40,470 bases of DNA from Macrostomum lignano (Eukaryota): contig NIVC01003737.1 in assembly GCA_002269645.1 (NCBI GenBank), positions 1 to 40,470 on the forward strand, in the 5' to 3' direction. The notes beneath the pieces are model-generated. The model had not been told where the DNA came from. It worked only from the letters and a program-made list of their open reading frames with translations, and did no database searches. The position numbers and the translations under genes were made by a program. Positions 12,695 through 22,740 of the stretch are shown piece by piece (positions within the stretch are counted from its first letter, which is position 1; each line of letters begins with the position of its first letter).

Positions 12695-14404
12695 CCCTCT
12701 CCTCATCATCAGGGAAAGATGAGGACTGCCCACTGCAGAGCCGAGACGTTAGAGATACGGTTGAGTGACAAATCCCAAGCCAAAACCGATGGCGTGACTA
12801 AGTCTGCAATCGCTACTTGCGGAAAGGCTGTGGAAAATTCTGAAATTACGTTTTCTCCAACATTTCTACTCCCTCACTCCCTAGTAGACGGATGCCTTTC
12901 TTTGCGTTTAAGTACGCTGACGCGCAGACCAAACTGGATTGGACTTGTTTAAACCCAAAAGTTATTATTTGGTCCAGCTTATGGATGCAAAGGCTATAAC
13001 ATCAGCTTTCTTTTAGTTTGCTCCGAATGACTCTCCCATCGTGAAGAGTTTTTATTCACCCCTATGGGAGATAAAAGTTATGCTAATATTTTTCATTCAA
13101 ATCCCACAATAAAAGCATATTAAACAATTACTAATAGGAATCGTTTATTGTTTTCCCAATTCCAAAATCTAAGACGGACGACGTCTATTAAATTTCCGAG
13201 ATTACGGATCCGGACACCATTATTATTTTAATTTAACATAACTTTGGTCTTCCGCATTCTTGCTTAGTACATTAGCTGTTTTAACAGCTACATGTATTAC
13301 TGTTTCACATAATTTCATAGTTTCAAAATTCGATAGCAAAACACGTTTGACATTTTATTAAAAGGCATTACTTTGAAATTACTGGCAAGAAATCCTCCTT
13401 CTCAAAACCATTCTAGAGAGGAAAAAGATAGAAAAAAACCATTAAAAATACTTGTCCATCTTCATTTTAAGCCCATTAGCGGAAAAACTTGAACTGGAAA
13501 AAGCTATGCAGGTATGTGATGGATAGATTGCTTATCTTTGCATCATTTGTTGTCCATGTTAACATTTTTCGCGTGGAAGCGTTCATCGCTAAAAGTATAG
13601 ACATTATATTAATAAGTATTGATTGTTTCTGTCTCTTGCACTAATGTGAAGTTGAAATTTCGTGATGAAGACCGACCGATAATGAGTCGAAGTAGTTTTT
13701 GGTTGCTACTCTTGTAACTCTTCCTTTTCTGCAAATAACCGTTACTCTCAGAACACGCCACATTGCGTTAATAGAGGGATAATTTAATAAAATATTGATG
13801 TAAACTAGACTCTTGGAATGGTACAACTCCCAAAGAGCTGTTGTTTTGTAATTAGTCTATTAGTTTGACAGATTTTTGCATGTAGCTTCGGCAATGAAAC
13901 AGCTCATTAGAAGGTCATTATAGAAGGAAACGCAGACTTGACAAGCATTTGTTAATTGAGGAAATGATGAGAGAAAAGAATTCTTTGCTGGACGTTAACT
14001 ATTCACTTTCATCATGCATGAAGAGTCTGCACACTGCAGAGATCGTTTTGTTTGATACTAATTTACAGATTAACCATTGCATGCGATTAGTTTGCAAAGC
14101 GATTTGGACAAAACGGGACAATGGCATTTAGGCTGTATGCAGTAGAAATTAATGATACTTGAGATAACAATCAATTATTGTGCTAAGAAGTGTTGGAGTA
14201 TAGCTCAGAGGAAAGCTAATTTTCATTGCTCGGTTATTTCAATAGACAGCCTGCCATTCGGCGAAAAGGCGAGCAAGGAAAATCACCGGAGGCACAATTG
14301 AACACATCTATAATAAAAGTACAGAAAATATGAGCATCATTATTATGCGCAGCCTAAAAATTAAAAAAAACACGAGTTAAACAAACTTTATCGGCCGAAC
14401 ATTG

Positions 14405-15425
14405 TTAGAGAAACAGTATCTGCAGCGTGGCAAGCGTAGTCAAGTTCTTGAACTCTTCATTAGCCAGAGAGCAGTTGATGCGAAAGCTCTGGTCGCTAGG
14501 CGGATTAATTATTTGTATCATAGCCAAAGGCGGCAGGTAGAACGAGCTGTCCGGTTGGTAAGGAAAAAAGTATCGCGGAAAATAGGCGTAGGTTCTGTTC
14601 AGGTAGGTTAGCTGCGGATAGAACCTCAATGGGATCTCCGCATTGTTTGAATCAATTGTCGCTCGACAGTCCAGCCAAAGGTCGGTGCTGTAGTTTCTTG
14701 TGAGCGCTGGTCCAGCCTTGAGCAGGATGCATGGATCTCCGGCAACGTAGCCAAAGGCGTTGTAAGAATTGCAGCTCGAAAATATTTCCAACTGCGGTAC
14801 ACACACGTCCAGACCAGGTTTTGGAAAGGAAGTCCGGCAGTCTTTGGCCCGTCGACCGGCCTTGCGAAGTCGGGGGTACCATCGACGGATCTCGTATTCG
14901 TCCAGCTCACCGTTGATGCGGGCCAGCAGCGCCGCTAAGTCATCTTCATTGCAATTTGCGCCGGTCGAGCCAAATCACGCTACCGCCCTGCGGATTGCGC
15001 GGCTCTATTTTAATGTACTCCTTGACCTCTTCGCGAGCCATAGACATCGAGATGACTACTGCTATTGTCGTAACAAATACGACCACCATGATGCCGCCGA
15101 CCACCAGTTGAAGTCGAAGCTGTCTAGCAATTTTCTCTTCGTTCTCCTGCTGCATGCTCTTGTACGGATCATAGTCAATAGTGCCGATGCCCCGATTGTC
15201 AGTTAAACGGTAGCGGGGGCTGTCTCTTCGGCCAAAGAATATAGTGTTGAATTCGTGTCGGCAGTAGTGACCGCCTTCGCCTGCTCTCTCGTCGGCGCCT
15301 TCATTTTCATTTTCATTGATCATTCCCAATTTTGTCTGTTGGTTCTGCTCTTCCTCATCAGAGTTCTCTTCTAGGACCTCTGGATGCTGCGATGACTTGT
15401 TGTTGTTTAAGTTGTGCTGCGACAT
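14405..15425 (-). CDS. Divergent Na+/K+-ATPase beta-subunit-like type II membrane protein (about 340 aa), intronless, frame disruption near 14945-14970
   Basis: ORF 15425-14946 (acidic cytoplasmic N-terminus, single TM LQLVVGGIMVVVFVTTIAVVISM) continues in another frame as EDDLAALLARINGELDEY...KDCRTSFPKPGLDVCVPQLEIFSSCNSYNAFGYVAGDPCILLK...LDC...YFPRYFFPY...YLPPLAMIQ...INC to TAA at 14405. It has six ectodomain Cys plus the FGY..G.PC.LLK and FP.YF.PY...Y..PL motifs of the beta-subunit family. Confidence 0.8.
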
Positions 15426-16189
15426 TACTAGCTATGTTTCTGCGTTGCTTCAGACAGCAGCGCTTAATTCACCATGGCACCAAAAAATTTAAACCGGCTC
15501 TTCTGGCTTCGTCGCTTTGAAGCGGACTATTTATCTGTTTCTTTCACTTTCTGTCCCTTTAGTGTTTTTCTTTCCGCTTTGCTCCTCTAAGAAAATTTTA
15601 CAATTAAGAGAGAAACAAAAGGCCTATGCAGCTATGGCGTCTATTTTGCTGGCTAGCAGCCGGCAAGTTCCTTTAACAAACGCTTTGACAGAGCGGAACC
15701 AGTTAAGCGGATGAATTATTCAGCTGCCTCAATGTCGCCAAGATTCTGTCGCCAGCCAATTACGATGCCGGTGTGTCGGTCGTACAAAAAAATAATTGCA
15801 GCGGTTGAAAAAAATGCGATAAAATAATTGCGTTTCTTTATGAACTCTGCTGCAGTCGCTGCTATATTGGAGATCGATTAAAATCTACAATCGTCTGGGT
15901 ATGACTGCTACGGTTAAGTATGAGAGCGCTCTTCTCCTCTGCGTCTGGGTGTCTGAGGACTGTAGGATGCAGTGCTATAGGGAGAGACTGAGAGGATAGG
16001 TCAGGCAGAGAAAGAGGACAGAGACTGTGTGTGCGTCAGGGGCGGAGTAGGGTGGCTGGGGACGCGAGGCGCAACGCTAGACGAGGCTGGGATGGGGGAT
16101 CTCTGTTGCGAGACGGTCGGCCCATTCTGTCCCAGGCAATTGGACAAAGGGTGAGGCAACCAACCCGAAAATTACAGGGCCGCGCTAAG

Positions 16190-16191
<2 letters not shown>

Positions 16192-16268
<77 letters not shown>
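16192..16268. repeat. (GA)~38 microsatellite
   Basis: Direct reading. Confidence 0.98.
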
Positions 16269-16269
<1 letters not shown>

Positions 16270-18578
16270 AAGAGGCCCGCGAGAGATGAGAGAGATGTAG
16301 ATAGAATAGAAGGCGACATTCGCGTTTTGTGCTAAAAATGCGCAGCCGATTGAGACCCAAGCATAACAAAAAATCGTTTTACAAGCGTGAATAATGTCTG
16401 AAAACTCTCTTGAAATGAAATATTAGTGTTACCTAGTAAGGTACACAATTTTCTAAGAGGTATACAGTACATTAATAGTGGTGTTAATAGCCCTCGGTAG
16501 TGCATTGTTAGTCACGTGCTTGCAAAATGCGTCAAAGTTTTTAGAAAATCGAAAATCGATGCCTAAAAAACTGGCTAAGCGCGAGAAAGGCACTGGCGTG
16601 AAAACCCTACTGACACCTGGCTTTTTCAAGTGATTTTTCAACGCAGAGTTGAGTGCTTAGCTCGATGAAGTGCGTGGAGAGAAAATCCTGCCTGTCATCA
16701 TAGCCAGCCTAGTTTAAAGTACAGACGTGGGCGAATACTCGTATTAAGACGAAAAATGATCGTGGAAAGATATCTGACTAGTCTTAATGTAATACATAAT
16801 GTATAAAACTTTATAAAAACATAGAAATAACTATTCTATTTGTAATTTTACAACGAGTGACAGTCAGACAAAAGAAATTGATGCCTTCGTTGATTTACAC
16901 CGCTGCTTGGCACTACTTTGGCTTTTCTTACATGTACTTTTGTTTATACAAGCTCTAACGCGCGGATTATCACTTCCTTGCCAACAGTCTATCATATGTA
17001 ACTATTTTTGATGCAGTGAAGAATAGAAGACATTCGCTTTTTTCTATGGACTGATTAGAGCTCCCGATTGGTCAAACTACTAAACAAGTCTAAGTCAGCT
17101 TGCACAGGGCTAAGACTCGAACTAACTAGTATTTAGTATGCTAGGCCTAGCAACAATGCAACAACAAGCAGATAATTAAGCCTCTAGTCGGTTTGAGCGG
17201 GTTAGAAAACATCAAAGAGAAATGGTCAAAACACTGTGCATGAAATATAGTTGAGCCTCTTTCAGAGAGTGAGGGGGGACTGAGGATTCCAGCGTCTCTT
17301 CTATTAGATGAAGGCAGCTCCTTGGAGCTGCTCCCAGCAACTCTTCATCGACACGCTCTGCTACCCACCAGACCAAATGCAATGGTCTGGGGGAGCTGTG
17401 CTGGGGTTTTGAGGGAAATTTGAAGGAGAGCTGGGGCGGAGTCGGGGGCCGAGGTGGAATGGGAGGGCTGAGTAGCTCCTCCCTGTGTAATTGCCCAAGA
17501 CCATTGATTCCTGCATTGAATTTTTCTTCAGCAATCCGCCTGTGCCCTGAACTCTCCTCCATTTTCCCTCCCTCTCGCTTCCTCATTCTAACCCGCCTGC
17601 CAACTCCCAATTCAGAATTCTGTCCATCAGACCATGTGCATAATTTTCTATTCAAAACTTGCTGCCCTGTCTTTGAGGCTAGTCAATAATGGAGCCTCAG
17701 AGTTGTTAATGAAGCTCCGTGGACGCCAACAACAGCTGATAGGTCGCTTAGACAGAACCTTCCGGGAGCTCAGTTTAGCCAAAAATTACCCAGAAGGCGA
17801 AGTCTGATTCCCACCCTCCAGTGCTTCTCAAGCCTGCAGAGTCTACTAGCAAGCCCAAAACCTCATTAGGGCCAACTGGTTTGCTCGGCCACCGGCAGTA
17901 GCCTCAAAAAAAACTTTCCGTCTCGCGCGTGCAAGTGAAATGGAAGGAGCAAAAACGGGCCTTGGCGTCTGGATGGCGGCCCTATTTGGCGCCGATTGAA
18001 TTGGACCGCTTTCAGCATTTCTTCCACAGACGCAATCAGGCCGCCGACTGAACCAAATGCTAAATCACGGTCGGAGAGACGGCTGCCTCTGACTTTCTCT
18101 CTCCCTCTATCTATCTATCGGATTATAATCATGCGCCATTCGAAGAGAGGCCGCCTCCAGAGCTGGCGATGCGCAGCTTGCTGCTCAGTTATCCTTGCGA
18201 GCGATTGGGATTCCGCATGGCATGGCAACGTGACAAAGGGCTAAGAGGGGGGTGCGGGCATGCTGACTGGGCCTAGCGATCCTCTGCCTGCTGAGCGCGA
18301 GATACGAGCGCTTCTCCATTCCAATCTTTCTGCACTTTATCTGCCCCTTCCCATTTATCTCTAGTGATTCTCCCTAACTCCCTTATCTAGTCCACCAGCA
18401 GTCAACCAGGAGGTCGCAACCTACAGACTGCACGTTGCCAAAAAAGTACATGATTTTGATTAATTGCAGAGAAGATTCATTTAGAGCTACCTTGATCCTC
18501 GCCTTCAAAAGTACTTAGCAAAAAAGATAAGCATGCTGAATGAAACTAGTCTGAACTAAACTCTCATATTAGTTCAGA

Positions 18579-18750
<172 letters not shown>

Positions 18751-19893
18751 AAAGTGAATATAAAGCACAGTTTTCTTATGATACTACTCTAATGGTTGAC
18801 CAAGTAGCACGATGCTGGCCTCGATTTCCCGTTTCTACTAATCTTAGCCCGCTCAAGCACTTAGATTGCAGTGACTACCTGCTGAAAGCAAGTTTTCAAC
18901 ATTTTCTGTATGTATTACAACCCAAAGGATTTTATTATATAGGAGGATCGTAGCCGCTAAGTCATAATTCGGCCATACGTATTTCGAGACGTCAAGAAAT
19001 TTTGCCTAAAACAGACGGGGTTTCATGAAACCTAAATTTCACATTGCTGAAAGTTAAGCATACAATATCACAGCGTCAAAACTTCACAGAACGTATCTAA
19101 TTATTTATCAACGAAAGTAAATGCATTTAGGTCTTGTGAAAACGCTCTGTGCATGCGACGCGTACAGACTTTATTGCGATTTACACTAAACCCGTGCATA
19201 CAGAGCTTAACGTAATCAATCAGAATTCAGAATGGAGCTGTCACTAGCGAACGATGACTGGGTGTCAGATGAATAATGTGAGCATGTGAGAGAATTTACT
19301 TTACCAGTGCCATATGCATCATGCTGAAAAAATATTTGTTTAGAATGTTACAGCACATTATGTCGCGGTCTAGACAGCAACAAAAATGCTCATTTTTGGC
19401 CAAAGCTTTCGATATAAAATCCACGCTCACTCTGTCCCTTCGCCTTCCCTCCGCAAGGAATTGGATCTACCCAGAGTTAATGCACAGCATTAGGATTTCC
19501 GCATCAGTGGAGCAAGAAAAAATTGAAGCAATGCAGTCTGGCTATAATTCTCGTGACCTTCAGACTCGGGACAAGGAACGGAAGATTCTACAGTCAAAAG
19601 CTGTACTGCTTTCATTAATGTCTGAGTAAAAATATAAACTCGCCGTCCTTGATTCGCGTTTGAATAATTTCTTTATAGAAATTGTCACGCAATTACCGGC
19701 TATGGGGTGCATCGATTATCTACAGTCATTCTATTGTTTAAATGACGCAGCGAACTTGAAATTCAAACAACTACAATGAGGAAAACTACTAATCAAACTC
19801 AAAGCATAAAACAAGTAAAAAACTCGGATTTTTGCAACTATTCAAGCGAATCATTTGCCTAGTCAACAAGTAGCTACTTTAGGTAATCTGGTT

Positions 19894-20264
19894 TTTTTAT
19901 TAGAGGCAGGGGGTTGTGTGCACCCTGGCGCACTTTAAGCGACATAGGCACACAACTGGCGACAGGCATTACTGCCCATTCCGCCGACTCTCCTGAGCAG
20001 GCATACAAGCGCGCGGATACGTACGCAGTCATACGCACAGGCACACACTCACACAGGAGTGTACACCGGCCCTAACTTTATATTATCGTTAGGCATGTAC
20101 ACTTCACTGCGCCTTGGGGGGTTGGCCCTCAAAGCCGTTAATTGCACGAGCAGAGCCAAGCCGAGATTCCAATTCAGCCCCAAATTAATGTGACTGCACT
20201 TGGAATCGAGCCTGGGTCGCTGGCACACCAGAGCAGCTGCGCTACCGCTGGGCTACGGCCCCCC
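19894..20264 (-). mobile_element. Full-length tRNA-derived SINE (371 bp)
   Basis: Minus-strand head GGGGGGCCGTAGCCCAGCGGTAG with A box (20245-20255) and B box GGCTCGATTCC (20202-20212); 3' tail ...CCTCTAATAAAAA. TSD TT(T/A)AGGTAATCTGGTT at 19878-19893 and 20265-20280 (13 bp perfect, 16 bp with 1 mismatch). Confidence 0.88.
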
Positions 20265-21380
20265 TTAAGGTAATCTGGTTACAGTGGCCGAATAATTTTC
20301 GATTTAAATCGACTCAATTTGCATTGTAAATCTAGCTTCGGACAAGGACTCTTGTCTAGCTAAGGCAGACTATCCAGCTTTAAATATGGACTCTTGCATC
20401 AATAAAATTTCCTGTTTGTAAAAGTGCAATTCTTAGAACTCTTGGACGGTCAGCAGTGTGCCGAAAAAAATAACTAAGCCAAAAGTGGCGTTGCTTTGAA
20501 GCCTCCGCTCGGAGCAAGGCGCATCGGCATCCCCAGCCTCTCTGACCTGCTGTCTCAATATTTATTTTCACTGAAAGGGGAGCCTAGCCGACTCTTTAAA
20601 GTAAGCAGATGCAATTCGACCAAATTCCCGATGGAGTCGGCTGGTGCTCAAAAAACGTCGGAGGAGCTGCAGACGATCGGGGTAGTTTCTCTCTCGCATT
20701 TTTGTTGGTAGCTCGCATATAATTATTAGGGGAAAAGCCTTCCCCGTCTGTTTTGTCGAGGCCAAGCACTTGGACAGGAAATATTTTCCCTAACCACGTG
20801 ACGCTAACCGTAGAAGGCCTCGATATCTACGGGTGTCTGTATAAGTGAGTGGAGATGGGGGGAGCAGCAAGTCAAAAAAAGATGAATTGAGCGCGCGCTG
20901 GCAGCGAGAGTGCTGTGCTGGCCTTTTTTCTATCTCTTGCATTCCCAGCCACGAAAGCTATGCTTGTGTTCCACTCGGAGAAAATACGTCAAATTTTCCC
21001 TATCTCTGAATACAGCTGCTCCCCCAATCTCTCGTCTGTCTTTGCACTCGTACATACTTATTTTGCTTTAAGCTGGGCAATATTTCATTCTTATTTGATT
21101 CCGCGTGCAGAGTTTGCTGATCTTGCACGCTCAAGCGTGCAGAATTGATTTTGTCTATGGTTGAACTTAATGGTCTATAATTAAGATAGAAGCAGTTCAA
21201 GAATCATTCATTCCTGCAGGCAGAAGCGTCCAAGAATGCCATTCCCACTTTTATTTTAGTTAGCATTTAGCATTTAGCATTTATTTTAGATCATTGAACT
21301 TCCTACTGCCATTAGTACAAGCTCGTACTAAACTCGTAGGTACGAGTAAACTGGAACTCAAAAGTATATTTATTACTAAG

Positions 21381-21476
21381 CAGGGGGTCGTAGCCAGTGG
21401 CGTAGCCATGGAATTTCAATTGGGGCACTCATTTTGGCGCCGCAGGCACTCATTTAGGCGCCGCAGGCACTCATTT
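21381..21476 (+). repeat. CAGTGGCGTAGCC-type element end followed by a 21-bp tandem repeat
   Basis: CAGGGGGTCGTAGC then CAGTGGCGTAGCC (21381-21407); GGCGCCGCAGGCACTCATTT x2 plus a partial copy. Confidence 0.55.
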
Positions 21477-21703
21477 CGATTCTCGACCTACTCGGAACAA
21501 TTTGTGTCGTTGAGCAAGACACGACTTTGCATTGCTTCAATTCACTCGGCAGTAAAATTGGTGCCAGCATTAGCAGGGGTAATTGAGGGTGTGTGTGGTG
21601 ACCCCCAGTCCTTGACTGAACTGACCGTACGCAGCCTTTAGATGCGCCGCGCAATAGCTGCGGCTGAGCTGTCGGTTGCACATCTGCCCATTTAGTACAG
21701 GTG

Positions 21704-21868
21704 TGTAAGATGGTTTGCTTAGTTGATTGCGTGTGCGCACGTTCACTAGCTCTTATGTACATTTGCTCGCTGTACAATGATAATATATAAGTGAATGCCT
21801 TGGCGCCCTGGGCAGCCAAGAGTCGGTCTACGCCTTAAGCCAATTTCTCGTTTTCGCTTGTTCTTACA
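21704..21868 (+). repeat. 5' LTR (165 bp)
   Basis: TG...CA ends with a 7-bp terminal inverted repeat; TATATAA at about 21784-21790; G at 21729 versus A at 26760 in the 3' LTR. Confidence 0.98.
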
Positions 21869-21869
21869 T

Positions 21870-21881
21870 TGGTGGCAGCGG
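21870..21881 (+). promoter_or_regulatory. Primer-binding site, complementary to the tRNA-Leu(AAG/UAG) 3' end
   Basis: TGGTGGCAGCGG, 1 nt after the LTR, is complementary to ...CCGCUGCCA-CCA, the 3' end of metazoan tRNA-Leu(AAG/UAG) as I recall it. Confidence 0.8.
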
Positions 21882-21886
21882 CGGCT

Positions 21887-22729
21887 ATGACTGAAAATGA
21901 AGGCAGTGCAGAGAGCCCTACAGTGGCGGTGACTCAGCCCCAAGCTAGTTTTGTCAACATGTTTTTGCGGCCGCCTCAATACCAGCATGGACAAGACTTT
22001 GAACTTTGGCTGGCACGATTCAACAATTTCGCATCATCTCTTCCTGTGGATCAGCGCAAGAATGCTCTGCTGTCATTCCTCGACGACAAATCATATCAAG
22101 CGGCCAGCAATTTGGATGCTGCCCTGTCCTACGACGACTTTGAGAAGGCTCTGAAAAATCGATTTCGGCCATCAACATCCTCTGCTGAGCTGCAGGCGCA
22201 GTTCTTCAATCTGACTCAAAAGGACGGTCAGTCGGTTGCAGACTATTCCGATGCCCTGATCGTTGCGGCAAAGCGTGCGTTCCCGAGTCTGATGGAGACG
22301 AAAGCAAGTGCCGAGCAGGAGACGTCGGTGACAGCGAAGGACGAGCTTCTCAAAGGTCGGTTTCTATCCGGATTGAGGGACCCAGCTGTGCGAATGCAGA
22401 CGCAGATGCAGCCAAAGGCGACATTCGCTGATACAGTTGAAACAGCGCGATTCGTGGAATCGATACAGTCGCAAGGAGGCACTGCTACGGCTCTAGCTGC
22501 TGAGGTTCCCGAAGCCTTTGCAGTCGGAATTCAACGGTCCCTGAAGGAGCTGTCCAACAAGCTCAGCCGCTGGGAGTCAAAGGACCAGGATCATCGTCAG
22601 AGCGGCGACAGACGCAGAGTTGTGACATGCTGGAAGTGCGGTAAGCCGGGCCATGTTCAAAGATTTTGCACTCAGAAGTCGGGAAACTTCGATGGAGCGG
22701 CGACCGCCGGGGTGCCGTTCCGCAAGTGA
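21887..22729 (+). CDS. gag: Retrotransposon Gag (280 aa) with a CCHC zinc knuckle
   Basis: Open ORF; FELWLARF and LLKGRFLSGL capsid-type motifs; CWKCGKPGHVQRFC knuckle. Confidence 0.93.
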   Translation: MTENEGSAESPTVAVTQPQASFVNMFLRPPQYQHGQDFELWLARFNNFASSLPVDQRKNALLSFLDDKSYQAASNLDAALSYDDFEKALKNRFRPSTSSAELQAQFFNLTQKDGQSVADYSDALIVAAKRAFPSLMETKASAEQETSVTAKDELLKGRFLSGLRDPAVRMQTQMQPKATFADTVETARFVESIQSQGGTATALAAEVPEAFAVGIQRSLKELSNKLSRWESKDQDHRQSGDRRRVVTCWKCGKPGHVQRFCTQKSGNFDGAATAGVPFRK

Positions 22730-22740
22730 GAATCCCGGCG
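22681..22740 (+). promoter_or_regulatory. -1 programmed ribosomal frameshift signal (G_GGA_AAC + H-type pseudoknot)
   Basis: Slippery heptamer in the gag frame, 6-nt spacer, stem 1 22694-22701/22714-22721, stem 2 22705-22712/22733-22740; pol is in the -1 frame. Confidence 0.88.

Noticed and set aside
16031-16369. RE-repeat and SL-repeat ORFs
   Set aside because: Translation of the (GA)n microsatellite.
17212-17689. 147-aa and 89-aa overlapping ORFs
   Set aside because: No recognisable domain, non-ATG starts or low-complexity composition, and no splice-consistent partner exons.
17141-18229. Additional RFX half-sites (CCTAGCAAC about 17146, CATGGCAAC 18221)
   Set aside because: Half-sites only, with no identifiable adjacent gene start.
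20195-20264. tRNA gene on the minus strand
   Set aside because: It has A and B boxes but no convincing cloverleaf or acceptor stem, and it continues into a body, A-tail and TSD, so it is a SINE head.
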